Notes: a model not told the origin generated them from the letters alone. Positions 27,026-41,872 are shown, counted from the first letter of the stretch. The stretch: 64,000 bases of DNA from Lama glama (GCA_028534125.1 CM052817.1:69938001-70002000), one strand, 5' to 3'. Numbers and translations: made by a program.

Positions 27026-27296
27026 TAGTCTTCCATTTGTATCTGCAGGGGTTGGTTCCAAACCTGAGGATGTGTAATCCTCTAATACAGAATGGGGTAG
27101 TATTTGCATATAACCTACACAGATCCTTCTGTATACTTCAAGCCATCTCTAGAGAACTCATGATACCTACTGCAATGTAAATGCTATAAATCACACAGAG
27201 ATTTCAAGTTTTGCTTTTTGGTACTTTTTGGATTTTTTTCCCCAAATATGTTTGATCCTGGTTGGCAGAACCCACGGATCCTGAGGGCCAACTGTA
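27026..27296. mobile_element. MER2-like TcMar-Tigger DNA transposon
   Basis: gtagtatttgcatataacctacac...aatgtaaatgctat...gaacccacggat..gagggccaactgta terminal sequence. Confidence 0.75.
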
Positions 27297-28750
27297 ACTT
27301 CACTGATGAAACGTGTTCTCCAGTCAGTGTCCCTTTGTTTATCCTTTTTGCAGATGAGTTGCCCTTCAGGTGCCCTATAAAAAGGCACCACACTACAAGT
27401 ATAACCCTCATCTCTGAAGTACCCCCTTTTTAAGCAAGGTGTGGAGCCCTTGCCGGCCCAGCCTTGCGTCACCGTGGCCCTGCGGCTATGGTTGAGGGCG
27501 GGTGGCTAGGCAACACTCGCGTTGGCCCACTCCTGGTTACCGCAAGGGTCTCCCTGCCTTCTGTGATGCAGCCTGGCTTACAGTGTTTCGTCTAGACCAG
27601 AAAGCAAGAAACTTTGAAAACTAGAATTCTAAACCTTAAAAAAGATCTTTTTTTTTTTTTTTTTAAAGGAGAAGCCCCTCTACCTGGCCTTTAAATTGGC
27701 CAACTTGGAAGCTGTTTGAGAAAAGTTGGTGCTCTTGTGCCGTGAAAGTGAAGTGCTCTCCTGGGCTGAGCACACGAGGGGTCTCCCCTCAGCCTCTGGG
27801 CACCCACCACCCAGCCACAGGGCTCCTTTCGCCTCATTCTTCTCCTCTTTCCCAGTGACTAGTTTCTTCTCCCTTCCCTCTTGCCTCTCCTGCGATTTCA
27901 GGCAGATTGTAGTATTGCCTTTTGGATAAGCAGGAACCTCCAGTCTGGTTATAAGGGACCAGTCCCCTTCCTGCGCTGTGACCGGGCCCTTGTGATTGTA
28001 ATTGGCGCTGTGCCAGTCTGTGTATATTCATCCACGAGGGAAGCAGAGAAGTCTCTGATTAAAGATTTGCCTGCCATGCCTTTGGCACCCCACTTTGCTA
28101 ATGTCTTAAAAAGTAAATTTGGTTAAAGTCAGTATGGATTTTTAAATTAATCATTTACTATTTTATATACACAGAAGATGCTTTTTAAGGAGAGTTTATA
28201 AGCAGAATACCTTGAACTACAGTTATCATTATATACACGTATCCTTTCTTCCCCACATCTGCCAGTGTTACCTTTTGGACTTCTTTTGGACTATGTTGAT
28301 TTTCTTCAGTTTTCATTTTTATTCCCATTCAATGGCAAAGTAAAGCTTTTCACTTGAGGGGAAAAGACTGTAGTTCATGTTTCTATCATATGTTTCTCAT
28401 TGAGGATCCAGGTGTTTCTTCAGTTTTTTGTTTATTTTGAGTGTCTGTGACGCATCCTGTTTTTCCTTAGTCTTTGTTCACTTAGAGTTTCATCTTGTGA
28501 CTGATGTTTTGCCTCGTTTTTATCTTACATACCATGAGAGTTAAATAATACAAGTAGCTAACAGAAATCCTGCTCCCTAAAATTAAAGAAGGATTGGTAA
28601 AGACTAAATAGGCTTTTGGAACATTTCAAATTACTTAATTTCAAATTTCAAAATTTGAATGAAACAGGTCACTTGATTTCAGCCTCTTGTGTGAAGTCGT
28701 GTCTTTTCCCTGACTTCCTCCAGGGTCAGGACGGCGGATCTAGGCAGTAA

Positions 28751-29152
<402 letters not shown>

Positions 29153-32108
29153 TGATACCCAGGAAGGTCCCTGTGCTTTGTTTCCTCGCAGCCCTGTGTT
29201 CTGACCGACGATGACTAGGAGGGCTGCTAACTTGTGGAATGTCACTTGTTTGTGCCGTAGCTGATGGGCAGTGCAGAGAGAGGCGTCAGATTGGGAAGGC
29301 AGCACTAGAGACCACCGGCTTGATGAGACCACAAAGGGAGAGCCACCCGTGTTCATATTGTCTCATTGAGGTCGGTTTGTCCAGGCTGGATGTGGAATTT
29401 TATCAGCCTAGTTTCCCACAGGAATCACTGTGATACCCTGTCTACTGTTACTGCGGTGAATTCAGCCCCAGGTAACAGAGGAGGCACATCTCCCATGTGT
29501 TGTGATCAGAGCTTTTAAAGCTCTCCTGGTAGCCTTGCACCTCGTGACCACAAACCCAGGAGGTGGTGGGAAGTGGCCAGGGAGGGCCGCTAGTGATCTT
29601 GCTTGGGCCTCTTCTGCTTGCTTGCTCATAGAGTTGGGTACGAGGGAGACGGAGTCACTATAGACAGTTTGCACCTGAAATGTGGCAACTTGCCTTTTAA
29701 AGGGGGGCTAATTACAGGGTCTGAGGAGCAGCCACTATTAAAGTGGCATTTGTTCTCAGATTGAGGAGTTACTGCCGTGCGAAGTGTGGGGGATGTGGAG
29801 CCAGCACACCTCCAGACTGGCTGGGGCTCCCTGGGAGAGTGTGGGGGATCTTTTTTCCCTCCAGGCCTCTTTCCCCCATCCCCTCATTTCCTCCACCTCC
29901 CACTCCCCCAACATAACCATTAGCACCTAGTTTAAGGATGGCTGTGTTTTCTTATAGTTTTCTCTCAGGAATAACTCTGGCCCATCTTGCAGTAGGAATT
30001 CCTCTGTTTCACTAACATTGCTCTTTAGCTTCTTCCAATTTACTGCCATTCCCTGAAGCTGTTTTTTGAAGAAGTTGAGGAATGAAAGGGAGGGAGAGGG
30101 GCAGGAAATAGAAGAAACAGCATTTATCCTTATGCAGAAAAGAGCGAGGAAGTGGAATGGAATTTCCAACATTTCAGGACTGAGGGACTAATTACCTTTT
30201 TGGTTACTATATCATGTACATACGGGTTTTGAAGATAAAGACACATTTTATAGGTTTACTTCAAACTCCAATACAGTTTTCAACTGCATTTATCTGATAA
30301 TGTCCATCTATGTCTTTGGAAGTGTGGCGCGTTGATTGTTAACAGTTAATGCTTGGCAAATGTTACCATTTCTAGAAAATGTTTTCTAAAAGTGCTCTTC
30401 TTTATACAATTTTTATTCTTTAACTTGAGCATTTGTGTCTGTGTCACTGGTGGTAAGCACCAAAGTAATCATGATTTGACGGGCTCCACTTGGGATTGTT
30501 CTCATTTATATACACGTATATGTGTATTTTTTCAGGCTCTGTATTAGAACAGAGTATCTGTAGTACTTGGTATTTGTTGAATGACTGAATAAATATTCAT
30601 CCCTCCTATTAAAAAACCTTTACTGCTGACTCCTTTAAGCCAACAGATGATTTTTAAAACTCCGTAATTAGCAGCCTGTTCCCTAGCTCAGTCTATATGG
30701 TTCTGAAGGAGACTTTTACACCGCCTTAGGAATAATTCTCAGGTTGCAGTTTGATTTGTGACCCCTGCAGAGCAGTTTCTGGCCCAGCTCATCCGATGCC
30801 TCGTCCCCATCTTCCTGGTTCTTTTTTCTGTTTCCACTCACTTACCTCCCTTAGTGCCATAACATTCCACCACTTCCCAAGCTGTGACGACATTAAAACA
30901 CGAATGATAATGATTCTCTCCATTTACGTAGCACCTTTCATCCTGCACAGACACTGGCTCATTAGGCCCCGCAGCCCTCTTACAAGAGGGAGGACTTGTC
31001 AACTGTCATCACCTCTTTCTCACAGAGGAGAGGTGAGGCACCGAGAGCTGATTTGACCTGCCTAAGCTCATATAAAGGGTCTCATGTAGAAGCCAAGCCT
31101 GTTTGCTTTAACTCTTGTTGAAGTCCCCTACCTAGCATTTAAATTATAAATCTAGATATTTTAAGTTTAAAGTCACCTGGGTTTCTCTCCACTTGCAGAA
31201 GTCTCACTCCTGACAAGGTGAATTCTCTCCTGAGGGCTGGCTGCCAGGTATGCGGCTTGGTGCCAGTTCCTGTGGCTCCCAGTGGCCCACTGTGAGCGGG
31301 GCAGCACTCGCACTCCTGTGCTGCCCCTCACACAGAAGTCAGGAGGGTGGCCCGGAGCCTGCGCCAGTGCCTGGCAGGCGGCACGCCCCAGCCGGGGGCC
31401 CCTGTTAGCTGGAAGTGAAAGCCCTCCTCTGAGAGGAACCTGTCCTGAGGCAAATGGAGCCGCTGGGCTTTGGGGCACCTGTGTGGGAGAGGGTGGAGTA
31501 CTGGAGGGAGCACTCGGCTCAGAGTCCACGGGACCCTGCGACTTGGCATATCGCTCAATGTGCCTGGGGGCTCTTCTCATCTATAGACTGAGAGAAGGTG
31601 GGACTCCATGCAGAGTACTTTAAGGGCGGTCATTATACACGAATAAAAGTCAGCATTTACTGGGCACTTCAGTCCTCCTAGGAGCTGCCCTTAATGCTTT
31701 ACTTTCTTAATCTGATCCCATTCTCACCTCAGGCCCTTGAGGTAGGTACAGTGATTTCAATGTCATGTCAGTTTTAAGAAATATCCCCGGGGTCACAGAG
31801 TCGATCAGTGCTGTGCCAGGATTTGAACCCAGGTCCGTCTCAGTGACAAAGCCTGTAAAGCTCTCCTGCACATGCACATACATGTTTATATTTTAAGCCT
31901 TGATTTTGTATATTCTGCTGTAGTCTGCTATCTTAGAGTAGCAGACTTAGATGTAGTACTTAGAGTAGACATCTTCGTTTCTGGCTTGAGATCCTTCTAT
32001 TTTAAAACTAAAATTATCTTTGTTTTTGGTCAGTGTTTCCTTGAACTGTTTTATTGATATTGTTTGCTGACTCTCTGGTTATACGTCTTTTCTGCTTTGC
32101 ATTTCCAG

Positions 32109-32198
32109 GTCATTAAAACACCAATGACCAGCCAGAAGACGTTTGAATCTCTGGTGGACTTCAGCAAAGCCCTGGGAAAGCATCCTGTTTCTTGCAAG
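32109..32198 (+). CDS. HADH: HADH coding exon 5
   Basis: ttccag| acceptor. [30 protein letters not shown]. Donor AAG|gtagag. 90 nt. Confidence 0.97.
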
Positions 32199-33489
32199 GT
32201 AGAGTATGGGTAGGTTGCTAAGGGGGTGATTTTCCTTGGAACCTGACTTAGTCCAGGTAGAATTTGTCCATAGTAGAAATGATGTGGGAGATGGGTCACT
32301 TTTACTGCAGGCTGTCTGCAGGCTTTAAAGGGCAAGCTGCGCCTACAGCAGGAAAATCAGACTCCTAAGTTTTGCCCAAGGCCAGCTGTGGATAGCCTGA
32401 CATCCCAATGGAGCCCACAGCTTCAGCTAAATTGAAAACTCAGACTTCCCTCTGGGCCTTGCCTTTTTTCTGTCGGTGAGCAGCTGTGTTTCCATAAATG
32501 GTTTTTGTTACCCCATTAGCTTAAGCTTCTGCTGGGCCTTGGGGAGCCAGAAGCCTGTGTGTCAGGCACGGCCTGATGTCCCGGCCTGATGTCCCACGTA
32601 TCCCAAACAAAACTAGAGCTTCACTTTTGGAAGGAACACTGCAGGCGGTTAGGGAAATGAGAGACAGAGGCAAAAGCCCATCCGCCCAAGGTAGCGTTAA
32701 CCAAACTGTTTCTCGGTGGAATGTTGTGTTATGGTTGTTTTGTGTTGTTTTGTTTTTCAGTAAGAAACATGGCTGAATGGAAAGCATGCCTCTAGCCTTT
32801 TTCCCTTTAAGATACCAGTGATTGTAAAATTATCCCAGTTGCTATCACCTGCTTTTGTTTTGATTATCTTCAATCTCTCCATTTCCTCTTTAGTTCCCAT
32901 AAAACTTAGGGACTTGGCTTCTGACTTGGCAGATCTTCCTAAAGGGGCAATTAGTTTTATCACAAAGTGGCCATTATAAATTTTTATAAATACATGATCT
33001 ACTTTTTTGACCATAATCTTAAATATCATTGTGGTTCTTCTCATAGCATACTTTTGCTTTCTGAAATATTCTCAAGTTTGAACTCATAGCATTGTGTTAA
33101 CCTGTGAAAATTCAAATTGTTCAAGAATCATCTGGAAAAGTCACCTGTTGCTGTGGACCCCAGTAGCCAAAGAGAACAGACTTCCACGTGCCAGTTCCCC
33201 TGTCCAGAACTGTAGTGTTGTATTAAGGAGTCTCATTTTTTAACACTCATTTTTTTTGTTTGTTTAGTTTTGTGGTTTTAAAACATCTGGATTAAAAAAA
33301 ATCACATTAATAAGCAGAGGGTATGGTTGCACTTTCTTATCAGTTTGTGCTTTGTTCGTGGCAGCAGGTAGTCATGGGTTAGAAAGGACATCAGTGCGCA
33401 GTAAATGAAAAATGAGGTGTGAAATGGAGGTGCGGGAACAAGCAGGGATGGTCTTTGGCAGCAGAGTCATACTAAGACTTCATGAGGAG

Positions 33490-33730
33490 AGTGTGGTATA
33501 GAAAAGTGAAGGCGACTCTGGAGCCAGCCTGCCTGGGTTCAGATCTTGGCTCTGGCATTTATTAGCTATGTTGCTTTGAGCAAGCACTTAACCTATCTGT
33601 GCCTCCGTGTGCTCTACCTCACATAGAGATAATATTAGTATTTGTCTCATAGGGTTATTATGAGAATAAATGAATTAATGTTTGTAAAGCACTTCGAACA
33701 ACGCAGTTCGTGGCATATGATAAGTACAGA
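33490..33730 (+). mobile_element. MIR SINE
   Basis: ggagccagcctgcctgggttcagatcttggctctg...agcaagcacttaacctatctgtgcctc...tgtaaagcactt. Confidence 0.75.
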
Positions 33731-35277
33731 GATAAAATATATTTAGTAAATAAATGTGTATGAAAAATGTAAGGTGAACAATTACATAAAATTAAATTGC
33801 CCTATTAAAGGACTGTGTCTCTCTCCATTCCGCCAGCGTTATGAGGGTATCTGTCTCCGCATCCTCAGCAGCACTGGCTGTTACAATGGGGAAAACCTGC
33901 TACCAGTAATCTTACTGGCAACATGCTGTTTCATTCTAATGAATATTTCTTTGATTACTAGTTAGTTTAAATATTTTGTGAGTTTCAGCACTTTTTCCTT
34001 GTTGAGTTCTATGAACTCTTTATGTAGATGAAATTGTCTATATAAAAACCCATATATTATAATTGGAGAAAATATTTTTCCTGGACTGCCTTCTGATTTC
34101 TAACCTTGTATATGATATGCTTCATATATTTCACTATCCTACCCTATCCCGAATTTCTACAGTAAACTTTTTGAAGTTAGAAAGCATTTTTGCCCTGGTT
34201 GTAAACTCAACATTGTTGTAGTAACATAGTCTTGGTTAAACTGATAAAGCTCTTTTGTGCGTCTCTGTACTCCTGGGAGAGGGGGTAGGGGAGGTTTCAC
34301 TGTGTCCAGAAGGAGCGGAGGTACAGATCTTGCAGCTCCAGCATGCAGCCAGGTCAGCTGTAGGAGCAGGGCAGGAGGCTGGTCGTCTTTAATTCAGATG
34401 TTGATGGAGTGCCTAGTGTGTGTTAGAAACGGACACGAGGCCTGGGGCCAGGGTGAGGAGTTCTGCCTGCAGGAGGATCACCGGGGAATGTTCAAAGAGG
34501 AGCCTCCCCTACTTAGTGGAAATCGGCTTCACAACAAAAGAGAGCAGTAGGTAGACTCCAGAGCCCACACCCGGCCTGCAGGAGTGGTGGCTAAGCATTT
34601 TAATGAGGTGGGAAATGACGAGAGAGTGTGCAGTACAGGGGTCGTCCAGGGTAGAGGGCCTTGGGTGGTGAGCTGTGAAAGGCCATTTGTCTGTCCAGAC
34701 CTGCTTGTTTGTCGCGGCACCTGTTCCCAGCTCAACCATCCTGTGCCGCTGCTGGAGCGTGAGAAACTCCTGAAGCCGGGAAGTAGTGCCCCTGTGAGGA
34801 TTGTTACTTTTTCTAGACTCCTGAAAGGGGTGTGGGAAAGGAGAGAAGTGGAGGGCTATATGCACAGCATTTTATGGGTTTCCTGGTTTATCTTCACAAC
34901 TTGTGAGGTAGAAGTTACTGTACTATTCCCATTTCACAGATGATGAAACTGAGTTTCTGAGTGACACAGAGTCAGAGACTGTTAGAATTTGAGCCCAGAT
35001 CTGCCTGTCCTCAAAGCTGTGCTCTTTTTAGTGACTCCTCTGCCTTGCTTGATCTGCCTTTATTTTGGGACCCATTGCAGTGGAGGGTTCTGGGGTACTA
35101 GAGTAGCTGGATAAATTGTCATGTAAGATAGAAGTGAGGCTGTGCTGGTACTTTGAAAATGTAGCGCTAGATAAATGTGGGTAACAACCCAGGGTTAGAA
35201 GGAGCAATCTGGTGACTTCACAAAATGATAAAGTTCAGTGAAAATTCACTTGTCTTCTTTTTGTCTCTCTCCTCTGA

Positions 35278-35430
<153 letters not shown>

Positions 35431-35874
35431 TGAGAAGGGCCAGGCCGTGTGGAATAGGGAAGGGGCTTCTGTTTTCTGACTTTGTGAATCAGTCTGACCC
35501 TGGGTCTGGTGCCTTTCCACTGAGTTTCCTGGGCCCCTGGATTGCCTGAGGCCCCTGAGCAGACTCTAGGATGCCCCATGACAGTCCCAGTCAGAGCAGT
35601 CATGTGGCCAACACAGAGGTATATTCTGGATCTCTGGATATATCCTCTTGCCTAACTTCCCTACCATACCGCTGGAAAGGTAACTCATGTCTGCTCTGCT
35701 TCAAAGACAAACAGATGGAACTGGATGAAAAGCAAGTGTAATTTTCAGTTACTTCATTCACAAATGCTTGCTCCTGAGAATGTCATCTTTGTTTTTTATT
35801 TTCTTTTTATTGAAGTGTAGTTGATCTGCAGTGTTGTGTTAGTTTCTGGTGTACAGCATAGTAATTCAGTTATT

Positions 35875-35876
<2 letters not shown>

Positions 35877-35905
<29 letters not shown>
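35877..35905. repeat. (TG)n microsatellite within the L1 3'UTR
   Basis: About 14 TG units. Confidence 0.95.
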
Positions 35906-35908
<3 letters not shown>

Positions 35909-36648
35909 AAATTCTTTTTTATATTCTTTTTCATTATAGGTTATCACAAGCTATTGAATACAGTGCCCTGTGCTATATATAGTAGGACCTTGTTGTTTAT
36001 CTATTTTATATAAATAGTAGTGTGTATCTGCTAATCCCAAACTCCTAATTTATCCCCCCACCCCCTTTCCCCTTTGGTGACCATAAGTTTGTTTTCTATG
36101 TCTGTGAGTCTGTTTCTGTTTTATAAATAAGTCCATTTGTATCATTTTTTAGATTCCACATATAAGTGATATCATGTGCTATTTGTCTTTCTTTGATTTA
36201 CTTAGTATATTAATCTGCAGGTCCATCCATGTTGCTGCAAATGGCGTTATTTCATTCTTTTTATGGCTGAGTAGTATTCCATTGCATATGTTTACTGTAT
36301 CTTCTTTATCCAGTCATCTGTTGATGGAATTTAGGTTGCTTACATGTCTTGGTAAATAGTGCTTCTATGAACATGGGGTGCATGTATCTTTTCAAATTGG
36401 AGTTTTCACCAGATATATGCCCAGGAGTGGGATTGCTGGATCATATGATAACTATTTTTAGTTTTTTAAGGAATATCATTACTGTTTTCCATAGTGGTTG
36501 CACCAAATTACATTCCCACCAACAGTATAGGAGGGTTCCCTTTTCTCCACACACTCTCCAGCATTTATTGTTTGTGGACTTATTAATGATGGCCATGACT
36601 TTTTAAGGATGGCCATTCCAACTGGTGTAAGGTGATACCTCATTGTAG

Positions 36649-36649
36649 G

Positions 36650-36680
<31 letters not shown>

Positions 36681-36975
36681 GAGGTTTAGTCAGTTTACAA
36701 TGTTGTGTCAATTCCTGGTGTACAGCACATTTGTATACATGCATATACATATATTCATTTTCAGATTCTTTTTCACTGTAAGCTGCTACAAGATATTGAA
36801 TATATTTCCCTGTGCTATATAGTATAAACTTGTTTATCTGTTTTATATATACCAGTCAGTATCTGCAAATCTCGAACTCCCAGTTTATCCCTTCCCACTC
36901 CCATCCTCCCTGGCAACCACAAATCTGTATTCTACGTCTGTGAGTCTGTTTCTGTTTTATATGTAAGTTCATTTG

Positions 36976-37010
<35 letters not shown>

Positions 37011-37502
37011 TTCCACGTATGAGTGAGCTCATGGTATTTTTCTTTCTCTTTCTGGCTTACTTCGCTTAGGATCACATTCTCCAGGGCCATCCATGTTGCT
37101 GCAAATGGCATTATTTTATCACTTTTTATGGCTGAGTAGTATTCCAGTGTATAAATAAACCACAACTTATTTATCCAGTCATATTTTGATGGACATTTAG
37201 GTTATTTCCTTGTCTTGGCTATTGTAAATAGTGTTGCTATGAACATTGGGGTCCAGGTGTCTCTTTGAATTAGGGTTTCCTCTGGATATATGCCCAGGAA
37301 TAGGATTGTTGGGTCATATGGTAAGTCTGTTTTTAGTCCTTTGAGGAATTTCCATACTGTTTTCCACAAAGGCTGCACCAAACTGCATTCCTACCAACAG
37401 TGTAGGAGGGTTCCCTTTTCTCCAAACCCTCTCCAGCATTTATCATTTGTAGACTTTTGAATGATGGCATTCTGACTGGTGTGAGGTGATACCTCATTGT
37501 AG
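36649..37502 (-). mobile_element. Second LINE-1 3' end nested in the intron-6 L1
   Basis: A new (TTTTG)n tail at 36650-36680 is followed by a second 3'UTR and ORF2 C-terminus (ORF 36932-37165, EYYSAIK...MPFAATW). Confidence 0.85.
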
Positions 37503-40500
37503 TTTTGATTTACATTTCTCTGATCATTAGAGATGTTGAGCATCTTTTCATGTGCCTATTGGCCATCTGTATGTCTTCATTGGAGAAATGTCTGTTTAGA
37601 TCTTCTCCCCATTTTTTGATTGGATTTTTTGTTGTTGTTGTTATTGAGTTGTAAGAGCTGTTTATATTTTCTGGAAATTAAACCTTTGTCAGTTGCATCA
37701 TTTGCAAATATTTTCTCCCATTACATAGCTTTTCATTTTGTTTTGCTTATGGTTTCCTTTGCTGTGCAAAAGCTTATAAATTTAATTAGGTCCCATTTGT
37801 TAATTTTTGCTTTTATTTCCATTGCCTGGGTAGTCTGCCCTAGGAGAACATTGCTAAGATTTATGTCAGAAGATATTTTGCCTATATTTTCTTCTAGGAG
37901 GGTTATAGTGTCTTGTCTTATATTTAAGTCTTTAAGCCATTTTGAGTTTATTTTTGTGTATGGTGTGAGGGAGTGTTCTAACTTTACTGATCTACATGTG
38001 GCTGTCCAGTTTTCCCAATACCACTTGAAGAAGAGACTCTTTTCTCCATTGTATATTCTTGCCTCCTTTGTTGAAGGTTAATTGATCATTGATGTATAAG
38101 TTTATTTCTGGGCTCTCTGTTCTGGTCCATTGATCCATATGTCTGTTTTTGTGCCAATACCATGCTGTTTTGATTACTGTAGTTCTATGGTATTGTCTAT
38201 AAGTCTGGGAGGGTTATGCCTCCAGTTTTGTTCTTCTTCAGTATTACGTTGGCAATTCTGGGTCTTTTGTGATTCCATACAATTTTTGGATTATTTGTTC
38301 TAGTTCTTTGAAAAATGTCCTGGGTAATTTGGTAGGGATTGCATTTAATCTGTAGATTGCTTTGGACAGTATGGCCATTTTAACAATATTAATTCTTCCA
38401 ACCCAAGAGCATGGGATATCTTTCATTTCCTTAAATCATCTTTAGTTTTCTTTATCAGTGTTTTATAGTTCTCAATGTATAAGTCTTTCACCTCCTTGAT
38501 CAGGCTTTTTCCTAACTATTTTATGTTTTTTGATGGCAATTTTAAAAGGGATTATTTCTTTACCTTCCTTTTCTGGTATTTCATTGTTTGTGTAAAGAAA
38601 TGCAACAGATTTCTGTAAATTAATCTTGTATCCTGCTACCTTGCTGAATTCTTTTATCAGTTTTAGTAGTTTTTGTGTGGAGCTCTTAGGGTTTTCTATG
38701 TATAGTAGCATGTCATCGGCATATAATGACATTTTTGTTTCTTCGAGTTTGGATCCCTTTTATTTCTTTTCTTTGTTTGAGTGCTGTGGCTAGGACTCCC
38801 AGTACTGTGTTGAATAGAAGTGGTGAGAGTGGGCCTCCTTGTCTTTTTCCAGATTTTAGCAGGAAGGCTTTCACTTTTTCACTGTTGAATGTTATGTTGG
38901 CTGTGGGTTTGTCAAAAATAGCTTTTGCTATGTTGAGATATGTTCCCTCTGTACCCACTTTGGTAAGAGTTTTTATCATGAATGGAGGTTGAGTTTTATC
39001 AAATGCTTTTTCTGCATCTATTGAGATGATCATGTAGTTTTGGTCCTTTTGTTGATGTGGTGTATCACATACACTTGCATATGTTGAACCATCCTTGTGA
39101 CCCTGGGGTAAATCCAGCTTGATCATAGTGTATGATCTTTTTCATGTGTTGTTGGACTCAGTTTGCTAATATTTTGTTGAGAATTTTTGCATCTATATTT
39201 ATCAAAGATACTGGCCTGTGATTTTTTTTTTTTTTTTTTTTTTGGTAGTGAGTGTCTTTGGTTTTGGTATCAGGGTGATGGTGGCATCATAGAATGAGTA
39301 TGGGAGTGTTTCGTCCTGTTCAGCCTTTTGGAAAAGTTTGAGAAGGATCGATATGAGTTCTTCTTTGTATGTTTGATAGAATTCCCCTCTGAAGCCATCT
39401 GGTCCTGGACTTTTATTTTGTTTTTAAATGGATTCTATTTCACTTCTAGTGATTGGTCTGTTCAAATTATCTATTTCTTCTTGATTCAGTTTTGGTGGAC
39501 TGTGTGTTTTTAGAAACGTGTCCATTTCTTCTAGGTTGTCCAGCTTGTTGGCATATAATTATTCATATTATTCTCATGTTTTTTTTGTGTATCTTTGGTA
39601 TCAGTTGTTACTTCTCCTCTTTCATTTCTTGTTTTGTTTGTGACCTCTCTCTTCTTCTTGGTGAACCCGGCCAGAGGTTTGTCGATTTTGTTTACCCTTT
39701 CAAAAAACCAGTTCTTGATTTGATTGTTTTTTTCCTGATATTTTTTAAATCTCTGTTTTACTTAATTCCCCTCTGATCTTTATTTCTTTCCTTCTGCTGA
39801 CTTTAGCTTTTGTTTGTTCTTCTTTTTCTGATTCTTTTAGGTGGTAGGTTAGGTTGTTTATTTGATATGTTTTTGTTTTTTGAGGATGGCCTGTATCACT
39901 ATGAACTTGCTTTTGCTGCATCCCATAGATTTTGTGTGGTTGAGTTTTTATTGTCATGTGTCTTAAGGTATATTTTAATTTCTTCTTTGATTCCATCTTT
40001 GACCTTTTGGTTTTTAGTAACATGTTGTTTAGTCACCATCTAATCATTTTTTTCTTGTTCTCTTTCTGTGGTTGATTTCTAGTTTCCTGCCATTGTGGTC
40101 AGAAAAGATGCTTGAAATAATTTCTATCTTAAATTTGTTGAGGCTTGTTTTGTGTCTGAGTATGTGATCTATTCTGGAGAATGTTCCTTGTGCACTTGAA
40201 AAGAATGCATACTCTGGGTTTTTTGGATATAATATTCTGAAAATATCAATTAAATCTGACTGTTCTACTGTGTCATTTAGGATCCCTGTAGCCTGATTGA
40301 TTTCCTGTCTGGAAGATCTGTCCATTTATGTGAGTGGGGTGTTAAAATCTCCTCCTATTATTGTATGAGGATGTCATTTTTAAAACAGAACATTTATACC
40401 AGCTCTTCCAGAGAGATGAAAGCATATTTGCTTCCTCAAAATCTGCTTTAAATATTAAAACTTTCCTCTGTTTTATAGAGGCATTTGCCTCACTTTTGCT

Positions 40501-41506
40501 CCAAGATCAAACCAACACTTCTGTGTTTATCTATCAACAAATATGCCTAATTACACCTCGAAGACAGCATGAAGCGTTTTGTCCTACTTTGAAAGTCAGG
40601 GATTTTTTTCTTTAATGTAATGTTTTAGAAATAGCATGTGGGTGATTCACCTCTTGATGGTGTTTTTCTCAGTGAAACATATTGTCACTTTGATATGTTT
40701 TCAAATGCACAATGTATCAGTTTGTACGTTGAAAGCCATTTTCTTGTCTTCTGCTTTTCTCCCTCCAGCAGTGGTCCCTTTCTAAAGAAATGGAGTCTCT
40801 CTGACCCTGACCATCACTGGACACCTGGGAAGGGGATCTGACCCACAGGGGGGTGATCTTAATCTGCCCTTGGTGCTGCCCTCAGCCCCCTGTCACTCCT
40901 CGTTCCTTTGGCCTTTTCCCCACAGTCTTCTCAGGGCCTGTGAGCCAGCACATCTGCTTCTGCAGGCACTGGGTGTCATGTCTGGGTGGGGGCTGTTTCC
41001 CGGGGAGCCACACTGTGGCCTGGATTCCGGTGTCACCCCTCAGGCTTCTTACTGTGTCCCTTCTGCCCCCTCGAGCTTCTGCCCTCATTCAGCCAGCACA
41101 GGGGTGTGCTCACATGCACACCTGCCACCCTGTCTCCACTCGCCTGCTCTGAGACGCATCTGTTCTGCTGTGAAACCTGAAGCCATCTTGGATTATCCCT
41201 CTCTCGTCTGCTGTGTCTGTTAATTTGTCACTTTTGTGATTCCTCCCTATCACCCCAGTCCCTGCACCAGTTAACCTGCCTTTAGTGAGGCTCCCTCTGG
41301 CAGCAAAGGAATTGACATTACCTTGTGTCTTTTCCAGACAGGACTCCTCAACTGTCCTGTCATCCAGGAGGGTGAGGAGATGGTGCATGCTGTCCTGCCC
41401 CGCACAGTTAGGTGCGGGGACCATGGGCCAGCAGCAGATGTGTCATGAGGACACTGGTTAGCTCAGCCTTCTCTGAACTCACTGGGGAGAACATCTCTGT
41501 TCAGCA

Positions 41507-41872
41507 CTGTCTTGGTCAGTTTGGGTTGCTGTAACAAAATAATAGTATAGACTTGGTGGCATGTAAGTGACAGAAATTTATTTTTCACAGCTCTGGAAGC
41601 TACAGTCCATCATCAGGGTGCCAGCATGGTCGGGTTCTGGTGCGAGCCTTCTTCTCGTGGCAGACTGACTGCCGACTTCTCTTTGTGTCTTCACGGGACG
41701 GAGAGCAGAGAGAGGAGACCAGCTTTCTCGTGGCTCTGAGAAGGGCTCTGATCCCATTTATGGGGGCTCCACCCTTGTGACTTGTCTAGTCCTAATTCCT
41801 CCCAAAGGCCCACCTCCTCATACCATCTCATTGGGGGTGGGATTTCCACATGAATTTGGGTCCATGACAAAC
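41507..41872 (-). mobile_element. MaLR solo LTR (MLT1A/MST-like)
   Basis: tgtcttggtcagtttgggttgctgtaacaaaata...agaaatttatttttcacagctctgga...cccacctcctcataccatctcattggggg...atgaca. Confidence 0.85.

Larger units (their letters stand above)
35791..40365 (-). mobile_element. 5'-truncated LINE-1 (ORF2 from mid-endonuclease to 3' end) in HADH intron 6, with target-site duplication
   Basis: Endonuclease remnant FSRIDHIL...SDHNG (40044-40325) and RT remnants [28 protein letters not shown] (38472-39126), with many frameshifts. TSD tgagaatgtcatcttt (35775-35790) / tgaggatgtcattttt (40366-40381). Confidence 0.95.

Noticed and set aside
32500..32700. Orthologue of the human disease-associated deep-intron-5 pseudoexon region
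   Set aside because: I cannot place the boundaries without an alignment, and the candidate donors here are weak.
37620..40325. Reverse-transcriptase and endonuclease ORFs as a novel RT system
   Set aside because: These are ordinary fragmented L1 ORF2 pieces with frameshifts and stops. The + strand ORFs are antisense artefacts.
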